Part shown: positions 49,214 to 63,306 of the stretch, piece by piece | Layout of the letters: every line of letters begins with the position of its first letter | Position numbering within the stretch: position 1 is the stretch's first letter | Source of the DNA: Lytechinus pictus | Lineage: Eukaryota | Direction: 5' to 3' | Length of the DNA: 64,000 nucleotides | Assembly: GCF_037042905.1 (NCBI RefSeq) | Contig: NC_087252.1 | Span: forward strand, 18,416,001 to 18,480,000 | Notes under the pieces: generated by a model | What the model was told of the DNA's origin: nothing | The model's input: the letters and a program-made list of their open reading frames with translations, nothing else | Database searches by the model: none | Translations under genes and position numbers: made by a program

Positions 49214-49698
49214 AGATGAATGCGAGTACATCTCCTATATGCCTCCCTAAATTCAAGTTCATGGTTCAAACTCTTCTTGAAATATTGTGATAAACTATAA
49301 ATAATAATGTAAGGTCACATACTGACCTCTTTGACCTAATAAGTATATATGCATATTTTTCCCGTTTTACCAAAATGAATGGCAATGACACAACACTTAC
49401 GTCACACACTCATTTACCTGCTTGCTATAAAATGCGCTTACCCCCCCCAAACCCTTGTGGTTTTCCACGTCTTTTTTCGAACAGCCGTAACATGGTTAAA
49501 ACATGAAATGTCTTATTGACTTATCTTCTATTGGATACATATTGGCATTGAGTTTGATTTTTACACCTCGCACAATTCTTGAGATATTGTGCTAATAAAG
49601 ATATTACCTGCAATTACATGATTTGACCCCTTTGACCTACATACATCACAATCTAATCAGTTTGTAATTCTATGGTGTTATGTACAACCACCAAGCAT

Positions 49699-50478
49699 AA
49701 CTAGAAGAATCTTTGACCGCGCACAGTCAAAATGAATGCCTCCGCCACTGTCAGACCAGAAATATATTTCCTAGTTTCTATTTCCCCCAAAAAAATGACC
49801 TTTCATCTTGAGACTTCAAAATCTAGTCAGATAACTGTTTCTCCCAAAAAGCAAACATATAAACTTGATTAAACCCTGTGACCTTGAGACCCCAAAATCT
49901 ACTCGGATCATTGTCACTTGTATATGCATATCATGAGCCAATTAAGTTTGAAGTTGATCTGTCAAATGGTTTTGGAGTTATCCTGAAAACAATCTATTTC
50001 TTATGAATTTCATTGAATTCTATTAGCTTGAACTTTGATCTTGAGACCCCGAAATCTGATCAGATCATTCTCACCCAGATGAGTACCCTCGGGCCAAGTT
50101 TGAAGTTGATCCGTCAAAGGGTTTTTGAGTAATCAGGAGCATGATCTATCTTTATGCATTTTATTGAATTCTGACCTTGACCTTTGACTCCAAAATCTAA
50201 TCAGATTGTCACCTGTTAATGAGCACATAAGCCAAGTTTGAAGTTGATCTGTCAAATGGTTTTGAGTTAATCGCAAGAACAGTCTATTTTTATGTATTTT
50301 ATTGACCTTGAGACCCCCAAAACAAATCAGCGGATCGTCACCCAGATATGTATCCTCGAGCCAAGTTTGAAGCTGACCGGTTGACCGTTTTTTAGTTATC
50401 GCGAGAACGAAAGTGGGACGGACAACCCAAAAATATAATGCCTCCAGCATCCACCTTCGGTTGGCGTAGGCATGAAAA
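49699..50478 (-). mobile_element. HINE-like element, same family, reverse orientation
   Basis: Reverse complement of the 31774/41657 family head and tail. Confidence 0.65.
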
Positions 50479-51752
50479 AGCATTTGAAGCAATTAAGTGC
50501 TATATGACAGACTGAGATGGAACAAGTTGAGACAAAGTAATAATTACAAATGATCAACATTTATAAGAATAGTGAAGACAAGATAATTCTTTATTGTCCT
50601 GCCCTATCGGGTATTCAATGCAGCTTAGAGAAACTCATTCCCCACAAAACCATTCCATTTTCAGTTATTTTATTTGATACCAAACTACAACAATAAGTTT
50701 TCCCGATATATATAAAAGGGTTCCATGTCCGTATAGTAGGTACCATTTAAACATAAAATGTTCATTATACTAGGGGATAGTGTGGGAGTGATTTGGTTGG
50801 TTTCCTATACCATATTACCAAGTTCTCAAAACAGAATTTGATATCAGATATGATACACCTTGGAATTCGCTGTTAAAAAGACAAAATTGTAACTTTTCAT
50901 ACTTTCTTTGATATCATATTCAATGGGAAACACAGTTCAATGCACCGACGTCAATTTATAAAGGAACCATTTGTGCCAAAGCCCTACAATTGTTTGTTCT
51001 CTCCTGCTCATCCTACATGATGGCATAAGTGGGGTTTTCCCACGCCCATACACTGTCTCTTGTCTGGTCCAGCATAAAAAATACCACATATATTTGGTAC
51101 TACATGTACAGATTTAAAAAATATAAAGTAAAGATAACTATCTCCCACACCCCAGGTCAATACAGTCACTAGCAATGTCAGGCCTGCAAACAGCCATAAT
51201 AGATGAGTGGTGTATGGGATTTTTCTTTTAACCATTCCTCTTTATTAACCCTTGTGCATTAAACTGAAAGTTTCCCAACAAATTCAGATCTGAAGAAGAA
51301 AGAAGAGTAATTGTATATATACCTAAAGACATTGTTAATCATTATTTTCATTTCCAAATATATGAGGTGCACAGATCCAAATGTTGTCTATGCGATATGG
51401 TACCAAAATGAAGCCATGACCCCAAAACCATCATTAAGTGCTTCAAAAGAGTAAAAATACATGAATGTGAATGACCATCCCCTTTTATCCCCAAAGATGG
51501 ATGCATCAGAATAACAAGTGGAACGCCTCTGGCAGTCTCGCCTGCATTACGCGATTTAATATAGCAGCAGTACTAACTTTGAAAACTACTATAAAATAAT
51601 CATTCACAAAAACACCATTCATATAATGACATAATACCACGTTCATTGACCATAGATGACATTTGAACGGTGACTTAAGACTTGTCAACTACACCCATGT
51701 CCACATTTCATTCACTCTATCCATAAATTTTCAAATTTGAACGGTGACTTAA

Positions 51753-52324
51753 AGGAGAATGAAACTCTTGGAGCAAGTTAGCTTTTGTGAAAGCAGAAAA
51801 ATCAAAGAATAAGATCAAAAAAAGTTTGAGTAAAATAGGACTAGCAATAGAAGAGTTATGAGCATTTGAATGTTGAGATCACTAATGCTATGGTGATCCT
51901 CCCATTGGCAATGCGACCAAGATCTATGTTGTCACAGATGAACAACTCTCCCCATTTGGACACTGAAAATATACCCCAAAACATCTCTTTTTGCTCATTC
52001 TAATCATATGACAAACGATTCATCAATGATATAATGTTGTGAAACCTCTGTACTCGTCCTCTCATAAAATGAACACCTCACATTGTGATAGACTATAAAA
52101 GTGAGAATATAAGTGAAATAAGTACTAAAGTAATGAGGGAGTTGTACGTGTGTGACATCACAGATCTTGGTCGCATTGCCAATGGGAGGATCTACATGGC
52201 ATTAGTGATCTCAATATTCAAATGCTCATAACTTTCTTATTATTCATTCAAACTTTCAACAATATGTTTCTTTGATTTTTCTCTTTGATATGGATTCAGC
52301 TGGTTTCAAGGGTTTCATTTTCCT
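51753..52324. mobile_element. Kolobok-like non-autonomous element with TTAA TSD
   Basis: TTAA|AGGAGAATGAAAC...GTTTCATTTTCCT|TTAA; internal inverted arms; the empty site ggtgacttaagacttgtcaact is present just upstream at about 51669. Confidence 0.8.
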
Positions 52325-54574
52325 TTAAGACTTGTCAACTACACCTATGTCCACATTTCATTCACTCTATCCATAAATTTTCAAAGTTATAATGGCAATT
52401 CAACAATTACCCCAACATGGCCTAAGTTTATTGACCTTAACTGACCTGAAACTCACAGGGGATGTTCAGTGATACTTGATTACTCTTATATCCCAAGTTT
52501 TATGAAATAGATCCATAAACTTCAGAGTTAGGATGGTAATTCAACAAATACCCCCAACACGGCCAAAGTTCATTGACCCTAAATGACCTTTGACCTTGGT
52601 CATGTGACCTGAAACTCAGGCAGGATGTTTAGTAATACTTGATTAACCTTATTTCCAAGTTTCATGAACTAGGTCTATATACTTTCTAAGTTATGATGTC
52701 ATTTCAAAAACTTAACCTTAGGTTAAGATTTGATGTTGACGCCGCCGCCGCCGTCGGAAAAGCGGCGCCTATAGTCTCGCTCTGCTATGCAGGCGAGACA
52801 AAAATCAGCCAGACTTTTAATCAAATAGTGATTTTGTCAAAGATTTTGTAAAAGAAACTCCACGAACTTCTAATTCTTTTGTATTCTTGGGTGTCTTATA
52901 ATGCATCAGAACAATACAATGTGCAACACATATCAAAGTTAAGAAATATATTAACCTGAGCCTGTGCAATGTTCTACAAAGAGCAAATAGACATGAGTGC
53001 GATGGTACAAGATTTTGCATGAGGTTAAAGAGCGCCCTTCCATTCAACGAAGCGCAGCTGGGTTGAATGGCTGTTAAGTCTTTCACCAAATGCAAAATCT
53101 GTACCATTGCACAGACAAGAATACTTGCTATTTGTATTGTACGATGTTTCGGAAGTATGAGAAATTTGTTATAATGTGCAAAAAACACCAAATTCGGGGT
53201 TCGAAATCAAGAAGTTGATCCCCTGTACTGCGTTGCTAGCGCTGAGCGCGTATCAAAGTTGAGCACCAATATTTTGTGTAACCATTTTGATGTCACAGCT
53301 GCCATGCCATGGTACATTTCAGTGTCAATTGACTTGAGTACAAAGAGCTAAGTAGCATTGTACAATAACCAATGTCTTTAAGATGCATTTAATAATACCA
53401 TAGAGACCTTAATTTTGCTGATTAGTAATACGCACAAACCAAGTTAATGGATCCTTATAGAGTATAGTGCAGTTATGTAATACACAAGAAACCGTATTGT
53501 TATCAGTCATCAATTTTGAAAATAACATTCCACTCACCTCTGCTCCCCTCCAACCCCACCCCAGACTTCAGGCAGTAGAGGCTGATAGTTCAGAAAATCA
53601 GCATGTATGTACATCTTATAATGTATAAGGCAATGAAGTTTTATAGAAGTATCTCAATTCAATATTCTTTGTTTAAAAACCAAAATCTGATAATTTTGTT
53701 AGTTATTACCTACATGTATAAATAAAGAGAGCACAAAAACATAATAGCATCTCAATAACTTATGACTATGTTGCCAATTTCTTGTAGTTCTTTTAGGTTC
53801 ATTACTTTTTTATTCATTATTTGTTTTTCCTCAAATCTTTAGTGATATGCTTCTAAGTTTTTCTGCTTATATTACAGTGCATACAAGTTTGGGGTTTCAT
53901 TCTCCTTCAATGACACAATTGATGAATTTTATACATGATGGGGTGGTAATAAAAAAGATTCACTGTATGAAAATGTACAAGTATTATTCTACTTTTTTTT
54001 CATACAAAAATAGTTAATTATAATTTTAAGACAAAACAAACGGGAGAGTTACTAGATAATTATGTCTACTTTATGTCCCAGTTATCGTCAATTTGCAACA
54101 AAACTTCATAACTTGGTGATTCTACATCAGATCTAAGTATAAGAGATATTTCATACAAATTGCATTACTTGCACTATACTGGCATAAAATGCCATAGTAG
54201 ACTTGGAGAAATCTAAGAAAGGTGAATTCGCTACATCCATTCATAAATGTAACACTGAAGTACTACAATCTGGTTTTCCCAAAGTTTACACCTTCATGTA
54301 TTGCACAAACAAATTGTGGGCTCTTTGGGGTGAGATGGAAATAAAAATAATGTTTTTTTTTCAAACTTTGCCCATGGCCTGTCACATTCCAGCATTAATT
54401 TATTTCCTCTCTTTTATCCATATATAGACAAATTTGGTTTGGGTGCTGTTTTTTTAATTTGTAACTGGGGGGCTCCAAGTATGCCTAACAAAAGATAGTT
54501 TACGCACCGACATAGCAATGCATCTGGCTCATTGCATCATCCATTGAAAGTGCTTTTATTGTTCTTTGGAAGCC

Positions 54575-55311
54575 CCCCAGTTATAGCATAGCCAGGGGGG
54601 GGGGGGCTTTTTTGGCCACCCCCCTCTGATCTCGGCCAAATCGCGACGAAAATCTGCAAGCGCATCACCATCAACGTAATCTGCAAGATTGTATCCTTAA
54701 TTTTACCAAATGTACTCAAATTTATTTTCAACTAATTAATTATGCTGATTTATGCCTAAGTATGATTTTTTGTGCTGCAGATCCCTGAATGATTGTCAAA
54801 AAATTATATTATTTTTTTGTCTAGACCCTCTTTTTTTTATTTTCATCAAATGTATAAATGAAAAAAAATTGGGACATCAAATTTCTATTATGTCTTTTAT
54901 CGTTTTTATTTTTTCTATGTATTCTCTCTTTTTTTTTACTTTGTTTTTCATTGTTCTTTTAATAGGATTCCGATCATAAGAAAGCATTGATTTTTAATGG
55001 CTTTTAACCAGTGAATGTAAAAATATTTATACTTTTGTAAATTTTGGCTAAAAACAGAATTTACATCGGGTTTGTACACGAAATCATATGTCTGAGCAAT
55101 TTTTAGTCCAACATGCACTGGTAAAATGATGCGTAACCTTTGTAAACGCGTAGCCGGGCATTGCGAATTCGGTCTCAAAAGTTGAGACTTGAAAAAATAG
55201 TCATGAAACCTTGTGGCGCAAGTTTTTTGCGTCACAGACTTATCGCAAAAAAATGTCGAGTGGAGGCTGACTTAGCCCCCCCCCCCCTCCCCCGGCTATA
55301 TAGGGTTTTAA
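54575..55311. mobile_element. Diverged relative of the 4607-5364 piggyBac-like MITE
   Basis: Shares gatctcggcc, atcgcgacgaaaat, ttgtacac.aa.tca, ggtctcaaaagt and ttatcgc.aaaaa landmarks in the same order. Confidence 0.65.
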
Positions 55312-55358
55312 TATATTACATGAATTCTGTAACAGGCATTCTAAGCGAGCTAACAACT

Positions 55359-56729
55359 TTACTCTATGAAATCCTCATTAAAGCCTTCAAGAACATCAAG
55401 ACCTCGAAGGTATGCTCGGTCACTAAAGACACCACTTGAGTCCTCTTCATCCGCACATCTCAACTGTTCATGGAGGTAGCTCATCTGATCTTCAGATAGT
55501 GGAATAGGGCATTGCGTATCCGGTATTTGCACAGCTTCACCAGTTTCTGCTACGAAGTGACCAAGGTCTGGGTCAATGCCATAATGTGCTGCTTCTTCCT
55601 GGAAATAAAACATCATAAATGCAAAATCTTGATAAAATAGGCAATTTCACAGTTATATAGGGAACAATAAGGACAAACTTCTTAATTTCATAGCTGAGAT
55701 GGCTAACACTAAACCTTAGCTCTAGACACCAAACATGTGAATGAGACTGGTATAGATAACGTAATTCGTGCAAATAATTAATCTGGAGACTATTCATGTA
55801 AGTCTGTATACTCATTATATGTCACTGATATAATGCACATGTGGTTATAAGTCATAACCACATGTACATGTAACTATTTCAAGAAATGGGAGATAGTATT
55901 TAAAGTATCTCATCTTATCTCTTATACTAATTACGAACCTCTTTCACACCTCCTTTCTTCCAACTGTAAAACCAAAAAATAAGTGCTAAGACCCACATTC
56001 AGATGAACCAACAAATTTTTGCCTGTATGGATCTGAGACTTATAAAGACTTTATTTAGGTGTCAATACTCATGTTTGCAGGGTGAAGGTACATGTATTTG
56101 ATTTGGGCTTAACTCCCCCCACCCCCCCCCCCCCCCCTTTAAACAAAATAGCAATGCATTTAAACTTGCATTTTTTAAACTGATGTCAGGTATTTTCTCC
56201 AAAATCAATCATTTACACAATATACATGTAACCTGAAAGTAGTATGTAATGTATGCAAACATCTTGGGGGGGGGGGGTGCCAACACAAAGGGGTTAAGTG
56301 TTAGGTGTTGGTATTTTCTTTCAGTTTGATTAACCTGAATTTGATTAATCTGATTGATTTAGGATGAGCAGTGAGAAAGGAAAGGTAAGAGAGGCAAAAT
56401 GGTGTAATCCTACTCATGCAAAATTTGATTTCAAACATCATGGTTGGTCAGAATGAAAACTGCTTTAAAAAAAGTAATTCCTTTTAACATCCACATTGGA
56501 AGGAATCATGAATGCAAAATACGTGACTGGGGATTGGAATAGGGTAGTAGGAATGTCGAGTGCACTTGAGTAGTGAAAATTATTTTCTAACTTCTAAGAT
56601 TAAAAGGACTTGGGTTTCACAAGAGATATAGTGCTGTGTGAGGATACTGGATTATAAGGAAAGGGGGAACTTGGGCAGAACATGAAATAACTTGTTGATG
56701 ACTGTGCCTGTAACGGTGAAAGGGTTTAT

Positions 56730-56780
<51 letters not shown>

Positions 56781-59700
56781 ATATATATATACAAAAATTG
56801 GAAGGAGGGATGGACCCTTCCCCTCAATCTAGCTACACCAATGACTATGTAAATAACTGAGACTTTTATCACTTGAAATACATTGTACATGAATAAACCT
56901 CACAAGTCAAAATGAGTGTTCATGAGAACAACATATCTTTTTATTCGGTCAAAACTATCTTCTTTTCTAATGACTGTGTTAATCTGGCTTTAACCTTATT
57001 CCAACCTACAATAGAGATCATTTATACTTATAAATATAATTGATAATCACTTTCAAATTAGCTTCCGTAATTAGGGACAGAAAACTCCATTCTTATAAAA
57101 ACAAGTGAAAAATATCTTTCATGATCAGAAAAAAGTGGTATAAAGACCATAAAGTCTCAGTTGTACGACATACAAGGAAGATGGTCTTGAGTCTTGACTA
57201 GCAGCCATTTTGAATTCATGTAAACTTTAATAGCACTGTTCCTTCCACACCTTCGATTTTGATATGTTGTTATATATAGTCTCCAGTAGAATGCAGGTGG
57301 AATTATTTCAGTTGCAATGTTGTTGTATTTTGGGTACCCTTTTTAGGTCATACATGTACTTTGAATGGAATATAGAGGAACTGTAATGCCCTACTTTAAC
57401 AAAAAGGAAGCAAGTGACAAAAGTGATATTTGCAGTAAATGAGTAAAATGTGTCTGTCATTAACACTGATGTCTATGGAAAGTCATCATGTTTTACCTAA
57501 CATACATCTTTTCGCAGAATGAGTGTTTATGGGTAAAATTTGACCAGGAAGAGGAGCCAACTACATGAAATATGGAAATATCAGAACTTAGATTTCAATG
57601 TCATGCCACTTGCTTCATTTTGTAAAAGTAGGGCAGTGTACAGAACATGGAACAGTTTCTTTCCTTCAAATGCTCTGAATGTACCTTTAATAGCCATGTT
57701 AATGCCCCATCACAGTATTTTAGTTTGCTCTATTAGAATACACTACAACATGCATTATTTCTTACAAAGCTTGCTCTATTTATTCAACATCCAACACATT
57801 ACATGTACATACCTCACATAAGTTGTCAAAATGCTCATTGCTGAGTGTGCTTCCTCTGTTGAAGTGGAGTCCCAATACCATCATCTGTAATGGCGTTCGG
57901 TTGTTAGCTGTTCTCAACTTATGATTGTTCCACATTTCAACAAAACATTGCAGGCAGTGATTGATTCGTGGCAGGAATACAACATGGAGACAATATAAAT
58001 GTAGCTCATTGTCAACATTTAAGATACCCCGGTTCTCAAAGCTCCTAAATAGGTTGTAAAACCCACTTGTAACTTGTGCATGGAGGTCCCGCCAAAGGCG
58101 CTCAATTCTGGAATTATGGACACTTCTCCCAGTGATGAAGGATCCTCTGCCAGGTCCCCGAAGTGGGTGCTCAAGCATGTACGTGGCCACCTCAAAGTTC
58201 TCACCTCCATGATCTGAACGCACTCTGGAAGGTAATCCCCACTTCACAACTGCGTCTCTGAAGAGCTGTAACACAGTAGAAGCTCTGTTGTTCACTGAGC
58301 TGCGAAGATACACAATGGCACGACTATAGCCATCCACAGCACCATGAGTTACAAATCGCCATCTAAGTGTGAAGTTCAAAGAAATAAAATAGATGTAATG
58401 TAATCTAAAATGTAATCATATAAAGTTAAGAATAAAATAATCATTTTTGAATGTTTGGGCTCACTACATGTACAGAGGTGAAATAGGATCTTATAATACA
58501 TGTACATGTAGGCAACATACCCCACATTTTGAATTAGTGCACATCTTAATTTAGCTCCTGCAAAACTCAAAGTACATTTTTCAAATCCCCCCCCTCCCCA
58601 TGGAAAATTCCTCCTCTTTTATTCATGAAGTGTCAATTTCAAAGTAAATATAATGAAACAGAAATTGTGGTTAGTACATCTACCATGATAAATATCCTCA
58701 CCTTATCAGTTTATGGTGACCATCTATATGCCAAAGAGATAATGGTGATTGAACAGAGTAATGTCTACGACGTACAGCAGTTAAGGATCTTAATTCTTGC
58801 CTCTGTGGATCTAATCTATGCAGACTATCTCGAATCCTTTGTCTTTGTACTCTCACATGTTGGGATATGAGATATCCATCAACAGTTTTGTATCCTTAAA
58901 CCAAAAATAAAAACAGTATTATTGGGTGATGGGGGAGCTGTGTCTGTGCACCTTTGAGTTTGACAAAATTTTTCATATACCAGTTTTATATTTGGATTTC
59001 AGCTAATAACTGTAATAACATTCTTCATAATTTGATAAACAACTCAAGCCACATCAGAATTGGGGAGGGTAAAGGGTGTATACACTAAGCAGTGCATCAT
59101 TTTATGTTGAAAAATGCAAAAGCTCCACCCTCTTCCTCCCCCCCCCCCCCCCATCAGGCCGTAACTAGGATTTTTATGGGGAGGTTCAAAGTTGGCAATA
59201 GTTAGTGGACCTTTTTGAGGGAGTTAAACAACTGAGCGGGATAGGCAGCCACGGATCCAGGATTTCATGGAGGGAAACTTGGAAAATTTCCTGACAAGCA
59301 AAAAAAAAATTTCTCTCCTTTTTCAATTCTGACAAGCAAAAAACAAACAAAACAAAGGTTTTCTCTCCTTTTTCAATCCTAACAAAAAAAATCCTGACAA
59401 GCAAAAACGTTTTCAAGCGGACCCTGCTCAAAAGCGGGCGGGTTCATTCGAACCCCCCCCTAGTTACGGGCATGCCCACTGTAGCGATCCCTTGCTTACA
59501 TCGCCCCCCCCCCCACAACTCTAGATCTGGCCTTGCGAGTAATGCAAAATTAGACGGTAACCATGTCTGCGCAGCAGCTTGGGTGAGCCTGTCAACACAT
59601 CCCTTGTACTTTTCCAGCTTATGACAAATAATATATTCAGATAATCTTTTTATCTCTTTGTTCAGTAAAACCATTAGCTCATTAAAAATGACACAGTTGC

Positions 59701-62700
59701 ATAATCAACTATTGTATGGCATTTAATAAAAGGAATAAACTTTGAATAGAATACTGAATTGTTTGACTTTTTAGCCTTTGAAAACACAATGTGTAGCTTA
59801 TGGTACCTCCATCATGCATTCATTTGGCCTATTGAACATGCAACCTCCAATATTGATGGTTCATTCTTGAGTCCAACTCACCTGCCATAGGCATATTCTG
59901 CAAGATGAATTCAACCTTCTCATCTAGTTCATTATCATCAATTCGACTATATAGACTCCTCAAGGAGATGCCATGTTCCTGGAGACGCCTTTTTATGGTC
60001 CTTTCACTGACGTTAAAACATTTGGAAATGTCTTTCACATTACAGTGCAAGTCTCCTGCAAAGTATTATAAAAAACAAAAAGGAAATAATTGATAAAAAT
60101 GAAGAATTCTTGGGCATGTATGCAATCACAAATTTTCAATGTATTTTAAAGGTGGATGGAAACCAGAGAAAATTGGGTTGGAAGAACTCATGTATGCAGA
60201 CAAATTGAATTACACACAGGGTGGTCAAGCAGCACAAGGTTATATCATAACCTTGTGCATTGTGATTGTATGAGTAACTTAACTAGAGGCAGATAAGGTG
60301 CTAGTGTGCTTTCGCACTGGACGATGATAGAGAACTAATTTACTTTTTATTTTAGCTCAATTTTAGTCCACATTTATTCACCATTTCTCATCAATCCATA
60401 TAATATGGATTGATGAGAAATGGTGAATATGGCATATTACATGTACCTGAATTTCATCCACATCACGCATCAGAAACCGCTGCATTTCGACTTCGATCTA
60501 AACGCCGTCGTAACTCCAAGTTCTTGGTAAGACTTAGCTTTCGCTGTACTAGACAGTATTTCAATATGGACTGAAGTAGCTACCACAATTAAGTAAGAAC
60601 ATGCGGCGGTGTCCACCTGTGCATTGCCCCGCATGTTCTTTCTTATAAATTCTGGTAGCTAACTAACTCTCCTAGCTAACTGGGCATTGTGGCGTGTGCC
60701 TTTAATCCAAACTGCATTGCTGGGAAAGTTACGATTTGATGCAGAGGTTCGAGGTTTGAGCCCTGGTCACGTCTATCGAATGGTGACGTTAAAGGTTGGT
60801 CCCAGACGTAAATAATCATAGCTGATTGGTACACGTCTGTATAAACTCAAATCACACACACACACACTTCAGTCCATATCGAAACCTTCAGCTAAGGGCA
60901 AATTGGCGAAGTCTTACCGAGAACTTGGCAGTTACGACGACAGTGAGATCAAAGTAAAAATGCAGCAGTTTCCGATGCTCCGTGTGGATGAAATTCAGGT
61001 TATCATCGTCCGGTGCGAAAGCACACTAGCGCTGCAGATAATTGGTCAATGTTGTGATGACAGAATATAGTGATAGGCCTACTGAATATGATATACTTCT
61101 ATTTCTAACCATGCTCCCATACGAAAAATGGTACCTACCACTCATACAATTAATGCACAAGGTTATGAATAACCTTGTGCTGCTCTAGTAATACTAATAC
61201 CCTGTGTGTACAGAAACTACAGTAGGCAGCACACAACCAAGGCAATACTAAAAAAAAAAAATATGATTACTGTAACAAAAAAAACATGAATGATCTGCTT
61301 TCATTTATATCTTGGGTGTTGTGTTGTTTTTTATTCACCAAGATAGCTAAGCCTAAGCCTAAGATCTTAAATTTTGAGCATATTTTTGTGAGGCCCTCTA
61401 CTAGTGTATTGACTTGGTTTAAACCACTCACACCAGTGCGAGGTTAGTATTAGTATTAACCTCGCACAAAGAACAGCATTTGGCAGTGAATTTCTAACTA
61501 GTGGGTCGCATGTGCTGCGACGCCACTTCTGGCGTCCACAACACACGACTTCTATGGCTTGATTTTTCTGTGCGCGATGGCATGTAATGGACCCTTGAGT
61601 GGGTTTTTACCAATTCCATTATACTTTAGGCTAGAGGGCCATGCAAGAATGTGCTCAGAATTCAAAATTTGAGCGTTCTTGTGAATAAAAAAACAACCCG
61701 ACAGCCAAGGCAAGATAATAATAAAAGACACAAGATCTAGATCTAATTCATGGATGAGATTTTTTGTTTTTGTGACAATAATCATATTTATATAACACTC
61801 GTTTTTACTATGTGTTGTGTCAGTGTGTAGTGCTAAGTTTCTTTCAGTACACATGAAAAGGTGGTTACACAGTACAACTAAAAAAGTTACAAGTACTGGT
61901 AAGTGGTACCCACAATGACCTAGATCTAGGCTTAGACTAGTCTTAGATTTACATAATCATGATAATAGTTAATACATGTAGTCGTAGAAGGGGCCGCGGA
62001 ACGGTTTTCAAAGTGGGGGGGCTGACTATGCCAAAAATCACAATCGTATGGTCATTTTTACGTTTTTGTACATCATGGTTTTGGAAAAAAGTGGGGGGGG
62101 GCCTGCTTAGTAATACTATAGTACAGGTCTAATGAAATGTTAGTACTTGTTAACATGTAGTGTATGTATGGTAGGGGGTCCTAAAGCTGCGCGGGTCCTA
62201 AAGCTACGCACCACTCATCGCGCACGCAGTTTTTATGGCAAATGCGCACTCTGTGTGTGGAACTGTGACTGCAGAGTGACGAACGATTCCTACATGTATT
62301 CAATTTTTTCTACAGAGGCTGCAGTAAATCTCTAAATGCAGAGAAAACCAATAACTGTTTCGGAATTTTGGAGTTATATTCGCTTAAATTTCATTTTATC
62401 CTATGATAATATGAATATATTTTAGAAATTGAGGCACAGGAAATACTATTTTTTTGCATGATAAATCGAGTGCGTAGCTTTAGGACCCCTTCTACATCGG
62501 GTGGCGAACATGGCGAAATCAAGAGGTGTTCGGAAAACACGGCGGGATTTTCGTATTAGTGAGTTTTGCGATATTTTCTTCTTGGTTAATGATCTTTAGA
62601 ATGTTTGCCACAAATTAGTGAAAGATATTTGTTGAAATATTAAAATTGGGATAGTTTTTATTGTTTGAAAACAAAGTGCGTAGCTTTAGGTCCCCCCATC

Positions 62701-63121
62701 ATACCCAGTCTTAGTTAGATAGGCCCACATTATTGAGGTTAATTAATGTCTTGAATTTAAGGGGTAGGGGTCTAACGTTAGACCTACCTGCAAAGAAACG
62801 GAGTTGATCCGCTGATATCAGGAATTTAGGCCTCCCTACACCACCTTCAGCTGAAGTTGTTTCAGGTTGATACATGGACCTTGCATCTGGTCTATCAACA
62901 GCTGCATCCACAGCCTTGTCAAAGATTTGTTTGGAACGGAGCAATGCCGATGACACGCCATCAAAATTTATCATGTAGTCACGATATTCCAATACATCTT
63001 TGAAAAGGCTATCGAGTTTGTACTGAATGGAATCGAAACAAATGCTGCCTGCATCAGCTTCTACATACGATATAAGTGCCGCAACACGTATTCTTATATT
63101 ATCGTTGATTCGTAACTCCAT
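55359..63121 (-). CDS. IS3/integrase-like DDE transposase, 496 aa. Exons: 63121-62788, 60055-59882, 58894-58702, 58362-57813, 55598-55359
   Basis: GT-AG junctions with phases 1,1,2,0; 1491 nt, no stop. GRPKF plus HTH ([19 protein letters not shown]); [10 protein letters not shown] (D), [10 protein letters not shown] (D), [11 protein letters not shown] (E); [12 protein letters not shown]. Confidence 0.92.
59156..59473. mobile_element. Small hAT-like MITE in transposase intron 2
   Basis: CAGGCCGTAACTAGG ... CCTAGTTACGGGCATG inverted ends. Confidence 0.55.
60214..61208. mobile_element. Nested foldback / inverted-repeat element(s) in transposase intron 1
   Basis: Arms: agcagcacaaggttat..ataaccttgtgcatt vs 61152-61184; gctagtgtgctttcgcac vs 61013-61030; about 60445-60577 vs 60867-61000. 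Confidence 0.75.
60674..60867 (+). mobile_element. SINE-like element with 7SL/B1-like head, B-box and (CA)n tail
   Basis: gggcattgtggcgtgtgcctttaatcc; ggttcgaggtttgagccct; gacgttaaaggttggtccc core; cacacacac tail. Confidence 0.6.
62166..62704. mobile_element. MITE
   Basis: gtatggtagggggtcctaaagct..gcac vs gtgcgtagctttaggtccccccatcatac. Confidence 0.7.
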
Positions 63122-63306
63122 ATTAGCTCGAGGAAGATTTGTAGCAGCAAGTGTAACGCGAACGGTCGAACAGGCTAGGCTAGCTAGGCGGAACCGGCAG
63201 CGGTCAGCGGGGCGTGATAGCAGTAGCACCAGTGCTGACTAGTGCAGGGTTGCTGGCGCAGGACGCGACGGCGTGATCGACGATCAGAAGTGCTGCTTTT
63301 ATTCAC

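Noticed and set aside
45640..55350. Third cargo gene in the spacer
   Set aside because: Only repeats and short motif-less ORFs seen; small exons cannot be excluded by eye
57780..58379. Integrase of a second LTR retroelement or a Polinton
   Set aside because: Intron-containing gene with HTH and TIRs; no RT, LTRs, PolB or capsid genes
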